The notes: generated by a model not told the origin, from the sequence alone. A stretch of 64,000 nt of DNA from Octopus sinensis (GCF_006345805.1 NC_043007.1:26846001-26910000), one strand, 5' to 3'; shown: positions 37,576-52,550, numbered from the stretch's first letter. Numbers and translations: made by a program.

Positions 37576-37967
37576 ATTTTAACCCTTAAAGGTATTTTTT
37601 AATATGCTGGCCAGTGATAAAATTTTTTTTTGAAAAGAATTGTTTTCCCCAAAAATTTTATCCTACATTAGATATATATATATATATGTATGCATATATG
37701 GTCTTGTTTATGCACGCATATACGCATAGGTATCCATGATATGTAAGTGTGCGAGTCTCTGTAGAAGTGAATAGCGTATGGTTATTTATGTGCATTGTGA
37801 TATACAAAGGAAAGAGAAATAAGTACAAGTTCAAGAATCGATTTATGAACGGATACATCAACAAACGTAGGCATAATTATCGATTTTAATATTCGTTATT
37901 CAAATCTGCACGCACGTTCAAAAATAAAATTCTGTTATTACTTACGGCGTATGCATACATACATACA

Positions 37968-38000
<33 letters not shown>

Positions 38001-38062
38001 GTGGGTGTGTATGTGCGCTTACACAAAGACACACACACACAAATAGACACACATACACACAC

Positions 38063-38109
<47 letters not shown>

Positions 38110-38482
38110 TTCATCTATCTATATATATGTGTGTGCGTGCACACAGACGTGTGTATGTGTGTGTGTTAAACCTGAGTAATCGCTACTGCACACAAGTCTT
38201 TTGTTTCCCCCCTAATTTCCCTTTAATGGAAAATATAAAAATGAACCAAATATTATCATACAACCTCAATTAATAACTTATTAACCCACAAACAGGACAC
38301 TCGTACAGCGGGTCTAAGTACCTGGGTTTCTCCTAAGCAGATTCACAGTATGACAGTATTAAATCTGTATTAAAACGTCCGCGAGATTTGAAACAAACAG
38401 TACCCAATTCCAGACATTGCAGCCACGCTATACCATGATTCATAAAAAAAAAAACCATTCAGGTTATTAACGGACAAATATA

Positions 38483-38695
38483 TTTCTTTACTACCCACAA
38501 GGGGCTAAACATAGAGGGGACAAACAAAGGGATTAAGCCGATTACATCGACCCAGTGCGAAACTGGTACTCTATTTATCGACCCCGAGAGGAGGAAAGGC
38601 AAAGTCGACCTCGTCGGAATTTGAACTCAGAACGTAACGACAGACGAAATACCGCCAAGCATTTCACCCGGGGCGCTAACGTTTCTGCCAGTTCA
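38483..38695 (-). mobile_element. SINE family A
   Basis: Reverse complement of the family-A head, core and tail. Confidence 0.88.
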
Positions 38696-39962
38696 ATCGT
38701 TACCTATTTTCAATGAGTAAGCGCGATTATATATTTTTTACAGAATTTTAACCGGAATATGGCAGGAGGACGCCGGAGCGTAAAGAACAACACAGGTAAA
38801 ATAAGGGGCTTACAAATCGAAAAAGATGTTGATTGACAGTAGGCTTAAAAGGCTGAATATTATAAACCAGAGGAAAACAAAAAGATGGTAGTGAAATCCA
38901 GGGAACAGCAGGTCAAGGAATGAAGTTGTTAACATAAAACGTAACGGTACTCCTGGAAAGAGAAGCAGGAGGGACGCTTAAAATCGTTCACAGAGGGTAC
39001 TCGGTCACAAAGTTCATTAGAGCAATGGCCATGGAAATTATTATAGCGAACACACACAGCGAACTTATAATTTGACAATGAACTGAAGATCCAAACTTGC
39101 AGAAGGAAGACAAACCACCATGTGGAAGACTAACAATCCATTTCAGAATTCGATGGAGCAAGTCAAAGAAACTATAAAACCTTTTGGGTCAAATTTACAT
39201 AATTACGTTGATAGGATAGAATCGATTATCGCAAAGTAACTCATACGTATCTTTATCGATATTGTTAAAGATTATTAATACAAAGTTAATACGAATCGTG
39301 TTATGATAATGGATAATTAAAAATGGATAATAAACAAGACGATGTTAATGAGTTCCAGGGAGATCCTGATTTCCTTTGTAATTCTTTACATAACGGTGAC
39401 CTCCAGCCTTGTTCCGGAAAAAATCGCGTATAAAGTATTAGTTATTCGTTTTGAGTGTTTGAGTGATTTAAAATTACAAAGTAGGATGTAGATTCGGCTT
39501 TTAATATTTGTGTATGTGTGTGTGTATGTGTATGTATGTCTGTGCTATGATTTCTAATTTATTTGTCTAAACCCATTTTTGCTTAATATATGCAAATTGC
39601 GTTGGCCGTGAATGCATTCAAATCTGGATGCGAGAATCTACCCTGACCACAAGAGTATGTTAGAAAAATGGTTGTTCTGATGACACCTATAGCGAAAGAA
39701 AGAGACATGTGTTTGAAAGTACTCTTAACTCCAGATAACAAACCTGTTCATTTTCTTTATGGTAGGTCATATCTAGCGAAGACTTGACTCTTAAGATCAT
39801 TTCCTCTTTCCTTATACAGCTGTTTTCAGTAATTTCGTGGTAATTATTATATATCCACGGGATGTACAAATAATTTTAATAAATCGCGAAATAATGTTGC
39901 GTGGGATTACCTACACCTGCGTTTCTACATGTTGTTCAAATACATACCACTTGCGCGCGCGC

Positions 39963-40047
<85 letters not shown>

Positions 40048-40171
40048 AAGTACGATAATAATGACTAACATTCCACATATTATACATAAATACAGAGATA
40101 CATTACAAACATACATGCAGACATACGTACATATATGTATACATAAACATATATGTACGTATGTCTGCATG

Positions 40172-40242
<71 letters not shown>

Positions 40243-40938
40243 AATATATATATATGTATATATATATATAATACATACATGCATATATATATATGTTAAA
40301 TTCCTCTTTTATCTAATATCGTGGTCTCTTCTTTTGTTGTCTTACCATTTTATCAATATATATATATATATATATACATACATACACAGGATAGAAGCGA
40401 GATAAAGAGAGAATAAAAGCGACCTGTCTATATATTTTAATGGAATTCAGAGCTCAAGGCAGCAAGAAACAGTTAAGGGAGTTGCATCGTGACATACGGC
40501 GGGCCTTCTAGGCAATTATAAAGAGGTGTAGGACATCCCTTTACAGAACTGAACGCAACGGATTTGTTCCAGAGAATGTTAGGGGGAAGGTGAGAGGGAA
40601 AGAGAGAGAGAGAGACAGAGAGAGAGGTGTGAGTGAGAAAAAGACTGAGAGAAAGGGAGAGAGAGAATGAATTTGAGATAAGAAGAATCAAACGTAATAC
40701 TTAAGAGCAACAATATGCCCAAAAATAAGCACATACAATGTATACTTTTATATATACATACATACATTCATGCATATATATATACATGAATACGATTGTA
40801 TATATTATTCGTGTACATACGTATGAGTGTGTATATACGTATGTATGTGTATATATATATATATATGTGTGTACGTATCTTTCTGTGTCTCTATACTTAT
40901 ATATGTATGTATATATGCATACACACATATATATTCTA

Positions 40939-41015
<77 letters not shown>

Positions 41016-41078
41016 GTGTACTTATATAAATACATGTATATATATATGTATGTGTATACATATATATATATATGTATA

Positions 41079-41124
<46 letters not shown>

Positions 41125-41340
41125 GACACACACATATATTTATATATATACATATATCTATATGTATTTGTTTGTATGTGTGTATATATATATCTACATA
41201 CATATATATATGTATACATATATATGTATATACATATCTATATATATAATTATTATTATTATTATTATATTATTTTTATATTATTTATTATTTTTATTAT
41301 TATTTTTATTATTTTGATTATATTATTATTATTATCATCA

Positions 41341-41418
<78 letters not shown>

Positions 41419-41941
41419 CAATATTATTATTACAAACATCCTTACGTATAGATGCGATGAAATACACTGAAGGAGACAGAAATGCGAAACATTAGCACAT
41501 TGAAACGAAACAGTGACACGTATAAGGACAGCTGCGACCGGAGCCTATTGCAATGTGGCGAACGTGTACGCACGCACATCAGAGATGACGCGCTGTCAAG
41601 GTGTCAACGAAGAGAGCATACAAATGACGTTTATTGTTGCTGCATTGAAAAATTCTGACACTACACAAGTTTTATGCAAATGATGCTCGCTGGGAATGTA
41701 AGACGACAATAAATTTATAGATATATAGATGTGAGTGTGTGTGTGTATGTGTGTTGCTACATATATATTAACACCACAGGCAGATGCAAATATACATCAC
41801 ATCATGTAGTTATTTATTTGCATAGATATGAATGTTCGTTCAGTTCTCATGTGTTGGCCTCTTCATCAATACTTCAGTATTTATTTACGTATGTGTGTAA
41901 CTATCGCCCTGCCTCCTTTCTTTCTTTTCTCATATTTATAA

Positions 41942-41983
<42 letters not shown>

Positions 41984-42479
41984 ATATATATGCGTGTATG
42001 TGTGTGTTTATGCATACATGTGCACATACGCACATGTGCACATACGCCTTCACCACACACACACACTCACACACACAATCATACACACACATACACAAAT
42101 GTATATGTTTATATATATATGCGTAGTCACACATACAATTTATCGACAGAATATTTAAAATAACTGACCCAAGTAACGATTGTATTATGTGTGAGAGGTG
42201 AGTAAAAATATATCTGTGTATGTGCATGCATATGTATATATATGTGTGTGTATGTGTGTTTGTGTGTGTATATATATATTTCCTTATGTATGTATATATA
42301 TATATGTATTTGTATGCGTACATATATACATACAAACATACATGTATGTATTCACACACACACACACACACGCACACACACACACACACACGCACGCACA
42401 CACTCAAACAACATATATATATATATATATATCGTTAAAAATTTTACAGAAAACAAATCAGAAACAGAACACAGAACAA

Positions 42480-42645
42480 GTGAAAGAGTAACAAACGAGG
42501 TGTATTAGTTTGACGCTCAGAAAAAAATGGAAGAGTCTGATGTTTCGAACTTACGCTCTTCTGAAGCAAGGAATGGGGAGAGAAAAGATGGTGAGAGAAA
42601 AATATGGAGAGAAAACAAAACGCGTCTGATCAATGCGATCACATG
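42480..42645 (-). mobile_element. Non-coding pLTR-like fragment related to 23720-23910
   Basis: Reverse strand CAGAAGAGCGTAAGTTCGAAACATCAGAC...GAGCGTCAAACTAATACA. Confidence 0.4.
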
Positions 42646-42667
42646 TATATACATACATATATATATA

Positions 42668-42714
<47 letters not shown>

Positions 42715-43219
42715 CTGTAGTGCTTGCTTGTTTTCATGTTCAGTTATAAAGAAAACGATTTTATATTATTCTGGAGTATCACTCTATAGTTTTGGTGAGT
42801 ACAAAATCTATTATTCTTAAACAAGATTATTGACAGTGAGTCGGAACTCGGCCAACAGGATAATCGCCGTTGAGTTGATCGAAAAATGGTTTGGAGAAAT
42901 TTGTATTGATTAAATTTGGAGTTATTGTTGAAAATTTATTCATGCATGAAGAATTTGTACGCTAGAGTGTATATTTAGGTGTGTCAGCTGCAGGTCATGG
43001 GATTATTTCTTTTAATGTCTCACAAAAAGGATGTAGAGAAGTATAATAAATTTTTTTATCAGCTGATGTGACACCCACCCACCCACACACATATATATAC
43101 ATATACATACATATATCCGCAGACACATGGACACATACACACATGTATATATACATACATATATGTGGGTGTTTGTGTTATGTGTGTGTGAGTGTGTATA
43201 GATAGATAGATAGATAGAT

Positions 43220-43260
<41 letters not shown>

Positions 43261-43280
43261 CAGTCAGACAGACCGATAGT

Positions 43281-43315
<35 letters not shown>

Positions 43316-43336
43316 ATGGATGGATGGATGGCTGGG

Positions 43337-43372
<36 letters not shown>

Positions 43373-44169
43373 CAATACGATCATTTGCTGCGAGGTAAAA
43401 GAAAGACTCAGGAACAATACTGAACGAGGTACGAAACAAAGTAAATAACATTAAATTTCATCAACAACACACATCACAAATCATAACAATATGTCTGATA
43501 ATACCTCTGCATACTTTTTTATAAATAAACCAGCGATGATGCATAAAAAAAAACAATACCAATAACTGCAGATAGCAACCAACCCCACAACCACGAATAA
43601 AAAAAAATCAAACAAACAAACGATAGAAATGAAAGGTAAAAATAACAATAAATGCCATCACCCTCGTAATACCACAAGAATACCTACTCCTACGACCCTC
43701 ATAACGAAACGTGAACAAAACATATTTAACTAAAATATAACAGCAAAAACTAAATATTGTATCTGCGCAAAACAGTTTTGCCTGCAACCATAATACTGAC
43801 TTACGACATCTCTAGCAGAAACAACACTGCGCTGTCTAGACGGAAAGGTTAATCTGTTGATATGTTGGAGTTTACATGGCCTTCTTCTTCTTCTTTTTCT
43901 TCGCGGTGTCTAAATATTTGACAGACGTAAATAACTTCGGTTTGGCTGTTGTGTTGATGTAATATATATATATATAAACAGTTACTGTTGTAGAATATTT
44001 ATAACCAAGTGAAAGCGGAGCAAAGCACCATTCGTAATAATATCAACGGGAGGAGGGAAACATAACTATAACTTTAGTAAAAAATGAAAAAGACAATGAA
44101 AAAAACAGGAAACTCGGGGAGATATCAACAGTTTTTTCTTCCGTAGTTGCAATCGCTCTCTTCTTCTTT

Positions 44170-44753
<584 letters not shown>

Positions 44754-44925
44754 AACATACGCAAATATATAGTGAAATAATAAGTTCTTGGTACAGTATT
44801 ATATATTAAAAAAAATGAGTAGAGATGGCTGTTTTGCTGGATAATTTTTATTTTAATAATAATAATAAACAAAATTATGAAAGTATAAATTATCCGCCCA
44901 AAAGCCATGTGTTCTCACTTTTTTG

Positions 44926-45060
44926 CAGGAATGCCTGTGTGGTATGTAGCTTGTTTATCACTTACACGGTCCCCGGTTCAGTCCCATTGCGTGGCAACTT
45001 GGTCGACTAATGCCTTGTGAGTGGATCTGGTAGACGGAAACTGTCAAAAGCTCGTCGTAT
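44926..45060 (+). mobile_element. SINE family B, 5' part
   Basis: GGTTCAGTCCCATTGCGTGGCA...GCCTTGTGAGTGGATCTGGTAGACGGAAACTG. Confidence 0.8.
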
Positions 45061-45082
45061 ATTTATTCATATATATATATAT

Positions 45083-45459
45083 AAATCCTTAAAATCCTTA
45101 AAAATGTTTTAGCCCGAAGGTCGCGGCCATGCTGGGGCACCACCGCTGAATGAGCTACACTAATTTGTGAATCCACCTCTGATACGTGGCACTTGATCAA
45201 CAAGGGAGTTCGATGCTGCCGTCTCCTGTCGCGAGGTAGGTTCATCTGGGACTCCCAACAAGAAGAGATCCAGTTTAGTTTTAAAGAAACCCACATCTAC
45301 ACCATGTAAGTCTCTCAGGTATTTAGGGAGGATGTTAAAGAGCTGTGGTCCTCTGAAACCCAAGCTGTTGCAGTATCTGGACCTGTATTTTGATGGTGAT
45401 GTTGGAATCCTTGGCACCATGCAGTGGCGCCCCGTTCTGCGGTTGGAGTAACTTTGAAT
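45083..45459 (-). mobile_element. Second, shorter 3' copy of the CR1/L2-group LINE
   Basis: Reverse complement of about 29622-30010 at high identity with one small deletion; same TTTAAGGA tail. Confidence 0.92.
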
Positions 45460-45511
45460 ATATATATTCCCTAATATTATTACTATATATATATATATAT
45501 ATATATTGAAT

Positions 45512-45571
45512 GGCGGTGCCCCAGCATGGCCACAGGTCGTGAGCTGAAACTAGATAAGATAAGATAAGATA
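45512..45571 (+). mobile_element. Isolated 3' terminus of a related LINE or SINE with (AGATA)n tail
   Basis: GGCGGTGCCCCAGCATGGCCACAGGTCGTGAGCTGAAACTAGATAAGATAAGATAAGATA. Confidence 0.7.
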
Positions 45572-45829
45572 TGTGTGTATGTGTGTATGTTTGTATGCAT
45601 ATATAATATGAATGTAAATATGCATCCATATATATATATGTGTGTGTATAAGATACTCCAGGCTTTTATGCTCACATATATTAGTGTAGTAAATATTTCC
45701 TGAAACCTTATTTGCTATATATACAATTTTTTTAATGTTCTTTTCTAAGCTAAAACGAAACAAGTTATAAGAAATTGTATTATATAGGTCGATGGGTATT
45801 ACTATAACGTGGTATTTTAGTTTTTCAGT

Positions 45830-46210
45830 ATTTCAGGTTTAGCGCCATTTCAGGAAGTTTTCGGAGAAAATGTGTTGATAGCTGATGTCTGTGTGCACGA
45901 AGGGTTGATTGGCGTTGCTATACTATCCTGTCATCTGCATGCAGTTCAAATATTTTTCAATTTCCCGGCCGTCTCTGTTAATGAATATAGCTTCCTGTAT
46001 TCTCAAATTCCCTACGTCACTTTCTTTAGCTTCAATGGAAATTTGGATGTCTTGAGTATGACATTCCGTATGGTTTTTTTTTTACTTAACGAAGAAGCAT
46101 TATCATAGAGGTGTACTTTAACCTGCATGTGCGATGGTCTGATGGTTCTTCCGATGTACAATTCCCCGGATTTGCTGCACGCGATGTTATGCACAATGTA
46201 GTAACATAGA
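45830..46210 (-). mobile_element. Penelope-like element relic, GIY-YIG endonuclease C-terminus
   Basis: Reverse translation VHNIACSKSGELYIGRTIRPSHMQVKVHL, later NLRIQEAIFINR: Cxx(C), YIG and the catalytic E region of PLE GIY-YIG domains. Confidence 0.75.
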
Positions 46211-47158
46211 AATATATTTTGTTGCTATTATGGAAGTCCAAAATGTTGCCTTTTCAGAAAAACGACAAAATTGTTTCACCATTCCATAGCAAAACCGTTG
46301 TACTATACCTCGACAATTTTCATATCTTGGCATCTGAAGCAGCTGAAGATACGATAGTTTGTCCAAAAGTACCAGCTATTGCATGCAAAAGCAGATATTA
46401 AAAGAACAAACGAATTTGATTAAATTTGGACATGCGACAGTTTAACATAATAGCAACGATTTTTATCTTTTATCTGGCACTTGCGAAATATCCGTAAGAT
46501 GTTTCATTTTGACCTGTTTTATTATTAATTCTTATAAAGACAGCGAACTGGCAGAATCGTTAAAGCTTACTAACCGCTAAAATCCTCCTCCTCCAAAATT
46601 CATTAAAAAAATCAAGCGAAACCAAAAAAATAAAAAGAAGAAAGCAAAAAAAAAAAAAGGAAGGAAAATTAACCATCTTCATTTATAAGCAATGCAAATT
46701 ACAATACACATGACAACGACTGTGGTGGCGGCTACGACGACGATGACGTCATCAGTAACAGGAAAGACAACAACATCAATATCACTTATGTCTCCAACAA
46801 CAACAACAACACCTGCAGTGTCTTTTGTACTATATTGTAGAAAGTCGGAGAGAAATAGAGAGAAAGTATAGAATGCCGTACAGGTTTATGAACATAAATG
46901 ATACAAATGAATAATTAGCAATAAAATATATCCACTCCAACGACAACATCAAGCCCAACTACAACAACAGCGAGATTAAGATCAGAAATGTCTTCGAGCA
47001 GCGAAAAAGCTCATTTAATATTATAATCAATAGGAAGAACGTACAAGAAATGTTTAGCTGTAGCGCTAGTAACAACAGGGAACACGGCAGCTCAAAATGG
47101 CAAGGAGGAGAACAACAAGGAGAGCAACAAGAAATACACGAACAGAGGAAAAGGAACA

Positions 47159-47550
47159 GGAGGTGCAATGGCCCAGTGGTTAGGGCAGTGGACTCGCGGT
47201 CGGAGGATCGAGGTTTCGATTCCCAGACCGGGTGTTGTGTGTGTTTATTGAGCGAAAACACCTCAAGCTCCACGAGGCTCCGGCAGGGAGTGGTGGCGAT
47301 CCCTGTTGTACTCTTTCGCCCCAAACTTTCTCTCACTCTTTCTTCCTGTTTCTTGTCCCCGACTTCCTACGCAACCGCTGAGCCTGAATGCGTATTCATT
47401 CATCATCCGTCGATGCTCTCGGTGTCGGGGGTCGACCTGCTTTCTCTTCTGCGGGTCTTACGAATAGCAAAGGACCACGTTTCGGACTTCTTCCAATCTG
47501 GGACGAAGACCGCTTCGCTCAATAAACAACAGCAACAATCACAACAGCAA
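47159..47550 (+). mobile_element. tRNA-derived SINE, family C (tail variant 3)
   Basis: GAGGTGCAATGGCCCAGTGGTTAGGGCAGTGGACTCGCGG head and shared core, then a distinct 3' half ending AATAAACAACAGCAAC. Confidence 0.82.
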
Positions 47551-48175
47551 AGAGAGGAACAGAAGCAGCGACTACAACAACAAAATTCGCAACCTCGGCA
47601 TTAAGTACAGCAACGGTACGAAGGTCAATTTTTTGCTGAAGAATTTGAACACGAAACAGAATCGTCTGGAAGAAATGTCAGAAAGATTTTCAAACGCTCT
47701 ATCATTTGAACCATTTTGGTGTCGGATTCTACGTCTCTATTATGTCTTTTATTAATTTTTTGCGGTGTGTTCTCAATTGTCGGAGCTAGTAATTTGTCTT
47801 TAAGTAAGTTTAAGTTTCGTCACTTGCTTGCTCTGCTTCTCATGGTAACCCCGCTTTATAACCTCGTTTGATGCTTAATCGATTATCGATTTCTAAAGTA
47901 GTTTCGCCCCCTATTTCGAAGGCCAGCGTTCAGCTGGAGACACACGGTCGAAACGGACCCAGTAGATCCCGACTGCTTCTCAAAAAGATATTTCTGCTGG
48001 AGGAAACATGATCTATCGAAAGAAACCATTCATTACCTTACAGTTATTTTATTTTCAGTAAACGAATTGAATACAATAGGTAATGGGTACTTCATCGGGA
48101 TTTGAAACAGAAACAAAGTACATTATTTACATTATTTACATTTTACGGATATTTGTCTTCATCGTGTTTGTTGTT

Positions 48176-48221
48176 AACACAACGTTTCGGCTGATACACC
48201 GTCCAGCCTTCATCAGGTGTC
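48176..48221 (-). ncRNA. Minimal type I hammerhead ribozyme motif
   Basis: GACAC-CUGAUGA-A-GGCUG-(10 nt)-CAGCC-GAAA-CG-UU-GUGUU: intact core boxes, 5-bp helix II, 5-bp helix I, palindromic AACGUU in place of helix III. Confidence 0.75.
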
Positions 48222-48340
48222 TTGGGGTAATTTCGAACCCAGTTTCTCATTCCTAAGGAAAAATCGTCACCAAATGATGAAAGTGTCTTGTGGAAATTTC
48301 GAACCTAAGGAATGAGAACCTAGGTTGGAAATTCCCCCAA

Positions 48341-48386
48341 GACACCTGAAGAAGGCTGGAGGGTATATCAGCCGAAAGGTTGTGTT
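48341..48386 (+). ncRNA. Minimal type I hammerhead ribozyme motif (palindrome mutated)
   Basis: GACAC-CUGAAGA-A-GGCUG-(10 nt)-CAGCC-GAAA-GG-UU-GUGUU. Confidence 0.65.
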
Positions 48387-48589
48387 AACAACGAACGAGA
48401 TGAGGACAATTATTCGTCGAATGTAAATAATGTACATAATTCCTCATCTCTTAAATATAGAACTGTAGAAACAACGTAATATCTATCATGTAGTACTAAC
48501 CTCTATCGCCCGGCACAATTTCGATAACGAGGTTTGATGAAATGTTACGTAAGATCACCAAACTTGTAAAGTGTAATGAAGGAGTTTCA

Positions 48590-48780
48590 AATTTTGGCAC
48601 AATGCCAGCAATTTCGAGGGAAAGTTTGTCGATTGCTCAACTGGTACTTATTTTAACGACCTCGAAAGAATGAAAGGCAAAATCCACCTGGACAGGATTT
48701 GAATTGAGGACGTAAAGATGGACGAAATACTGCGAAGCATTTTGCGCGGCATAGTAACGATTCTATACGCTTGCCGCCCT
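48590..48780 (-). mobile_element. SINE family A, diverged
   Basis: GAAAGAATGAAAGGCAAA...GGACGAAATAC...CGCTTGCCGCC. Confidence 0.7.
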
Positions 48781-49649
48781 CAGCTGTACTAAAATGAATA
48801 AGATACCGACCTGGCTCGTTACAGTATGTGTTCAAAATGCCGACGAGATCAACTTTGCCTTTTATATCCTTTAGAGGTGATAAAATAAAGCACGAGTGAA
48901 GTACTGCCGTTCACATAATCGACTTGCTCCCTCCGATCAATATTGCTGTTCTTGAAACCTGCTACAGACCTACCTCGTGTTGAGGGGGTATGTTGGACTC
49001 TCCAGTATTTATATGCCATGGAAAGCGACTCATAGTAACTTTCGGAGTCTTTGGACTCAAAAAGAATATAACAAAAGAAATGACTCGAGGAGAGCGTATA
49101 TGAAGTACTGATCGGCCATATAAAGTCAAAGCTTGAAGTTAAAGCTTTTGTAAAGAGAACAGAATGGAAGACAGAGGGAGAGAATGAGGAAGATCGAGGC
49201 AGGCAGTCGAAACAGTATTACTACTCCTGCTACGAATTTAAAAATAAATTTGCAAAATATTATTAAAAAATCATGGAAAAGAAAAGAAGTAAGGCATTGG
49301 TAAAAATAAAAGTAATTATGTTGAGAATGAGAAAATAAAGTAATATAAATGAAGAGAAAATAGCATTTGAATCGTTGGTTTTACTACATAATAAAAATAA
49401 CAATATGGAGGAAAAAAAAACAAGTCTAAAAAAGACAAAAAATAAATAAGTAGTTGCAGGAAAAATTTTTTAAAAAACTAAGTGCAAAATGTTATGATGT
49501 AGACACATTTTAAGAGATATAAGCAAGTAAAGAAACAAACCAACACATTTGTATTATACACAACATATGGCTCTTGTGTGGTTCCCAGAATGGTAAAAAA
49601 AAAGAAATAAGGCTAGGGACGAAAAAATTCGCACAAGCCTGCCATTTTC

Positions 49650-49713
<64 letters not shown>

Positions 49714-49798
49714 GGTAAAAACACTAAAAACAAACAAGGACTGATAGAAAGCATATACATACATAATCACACTTGCCAGACACAAATGTATATATATT

Positions 49799-49834
<36 letters not shown>

Positions 49835-50097
49835 CACGAGTGAGTGGACAAGCATTTTAAACAATATAATATATATATAAAATATATATATATATATATA
49901 TGACATATTACATACGTATGTACCCATATCATATATGTCACTAACACATACACACGTACACACACACACACATACACACATATGTATGTACGTATATATG
50001 TATACATAAGAATACAAATCATACACACAAACGTATACATATGTACATAGGAACAGAAATACAATATACATACTTATATACATACATACATACATAT

Positions 50098-50150
<53 letters not shown>

Positions 50151-50386
50151 TATATATACTATATATATATACAATATACATACGGTTTCGTATACTCATC
50201 CACGTACAGTGAAAGGCATGTACAAGTAAAATAAACAAAACCTTAATACTTTTACTCGTTTCCATCAATCAAAAGTAACTGATAGAATTTCCGCCCTTCA
50301 CACTTAAATAAATGATTTATTTCTTCTCATGGCTTTCTTCAAAACATATCCGAAATTTTTCTCTTTTTACCTCGCCTCTGCGTGTT

Positions 50387-50426
<40 letters not shown>

Positions 50427-50785
50427 ATACATATATTATCTGTTTTTCTTTCTGCGATTCGCAGTGAGGTCAACATGGCGCACACAAAACACTCCCGCGC
50501 AAAGAAGAATGTATAAGCGATAAACGAGTTTAGGCACATACGATAGATAGCAGGTTCAGACACACACATATACAGTTTGAACTGAATGTTCTCACACATA
50601 GACATTTTGCACTAGATGTACGTAATTATATTATACACATATATGTTTATATATAAATAAAAACAAAATGAATAGAGATTTATCGACAAATGGAATATAT
50701 TCACATTGTTTTGTCTTTTAGTATCTAAATAGCGGCATACCAATTTTGTTTATTTACCTATACACTCCATTGTCTAATGTGTGTG

Positions 50786-50911
<126 letters not shown>

Positions 50912-51123
50912 CATACATATATATGTGTATATGTGTATATATACATATGTGTATATATTAATATGCACACGCACCCCCCCCCCCACACACACACACATTA
51001 TATATATATATATGCGAATGTATGTGCGTCCGTACGTATGTACGTTTATTAACATATCTTTCGTGATATATATACTGATAGAGAGTAATATATATAAACA
51101 AATGAATATATGTGTGTGTGTAG

Positions 51124-51161
<38 letters not shown>

Positions 51162-51740
51162 GTAATTTTGTTTATGTTCATATAAACAAAAAGACAAAAA
51201 AGCATATATGGTTATGCATATATGCGTATGTGTGCGTGTGTCTGTTCTTATGCTTATATTCATATTTATGAATGAATGTACGTACGTATGTATGTATGTA
51301 TGTATGTATATATATATATATATATATATATACACAAGAACATACGCACATAGACTGACACACGTGCATACATACGCACACGCACTCATATATAGTTCTA
51401 CATAAAGACAGAAACATACATACACCTACATTCTCTCTCTCACACACACACGCACTCGCAGGTGCGCGGACGCGTGCACACACATTTATTTGTATCTACG
51501 AGAAATGAAAAGAGCTGAAGAAAACTACAAAAAGGTACAATTACGATGATGGACTACTTCTAAGAAATGCAAAAACCATGCTCCGACTTCACCTCGTTTA
51601 TATATATTTCCTACAATTACACATCGCCTGCCCAGTAATTTATATTCGCAGATTGTCTTCAGTTGTCAAAATACACATACACACATAGATATGTATATAT
51701 ATATATATATGTTTATATGTGTGTGTATATATATATATAG

Positions 51741-51776
<36 letters not shown>

Positions 51777-51878
51777 TATATATATATACATATATACATA
51801 TATACATATGTATATATATATATACATATATACATATATATACATATACACATATCTATGTATATATGTACATATATC

Positions 51879-51909
<31 letters not shown>

Positions 51910-51987
51910 GTGTGTGTGTGTGTCTTAATATATATATATACATAGATACACATAGATAGACAGATAGATAGATAGATAGATAGATAA

Positions 51988-52125
51988 CTTTCTTTATTGG
52001 CCACACAGGGCTGAACACAGAGGGGACAAATACAAATTTAGAGCTTTTCTTTTCGAAGATGGAAAAAGAAAAAGGAAAAAAAAATGGAAACAATAGTAAA
52101 ATCCTGATCAAAAGGGATCGGAAGA
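51988..52125 (-). mobile_element. Short 3' end of a Tx1-like LINE
   Basis: Reverse strand has a T-rich UTR ending TTGTCCCCTCTGTGTTCAGCCCTGTGTGGCCAATAAAGAAAG, similar to the terminus at 60330 and lacking the SINE-A core. Confidence 0.55.
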
Positions 52126-52144
52126 GAGAGAGAGGAGAGAGAGG

Positions 52145-52200
<56 letters not shown>

Positions 52201-52550
52201 GAAAGAGAGAAAGATTGAAAGATGTATAGGTGGATACATAGATTGATTGTTAGATAAATATATAGTTAGGCTGACAGGCAGATGTGTCTGGGAGGTTTCA
52301 ATACAAGAATTTGTATTGGCGACCAATGTGGTGATGAAAAAGCGGACATCTATTATTAGTCTAGGCCTTCAATTTCTGTCTGTTTGTCGCACTCTCTCTC
52401 TCTCTCCTTTTGTCTCCTCTCCTGTCAAATCGGAAGTTGTGGCTGACAGTAGAATTTTGTTTTTTTCCGTTTTCCCCTGGCAGAAGAAAAAATGTTTGGC
52501 GGTAGTCAATACACTGTTGATTCAAATATATTGACACGATGCTACTACTA

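Larger units (their letters stand above)
48119..48434. mobile_element. Inverted pair of Penelope-type pseudo-LTRs
   Basis: About 48119-48256 is the diverged reverse complement of about 48304-48434. The spacer holds a partial direct copy (GTGTCTTGTGGAAATTTCGAACC). Each arm carries a hammerhead motif. Confidence 0.75.

Noticed and set aside
40738-41451. [16 protein letters not shown] ORFs throughout the window
   Set aside because: Di- and tetranucleotide microsatellites lack stops in some frames; not coding.
47159-47232. tRNA-like sequences at SINE heads (also 6149, 6749, 30124)
   Set aside because: A and B boxes are present, but I could not form a complete cloverleaf acceptor stem and each continues into a SINE body.
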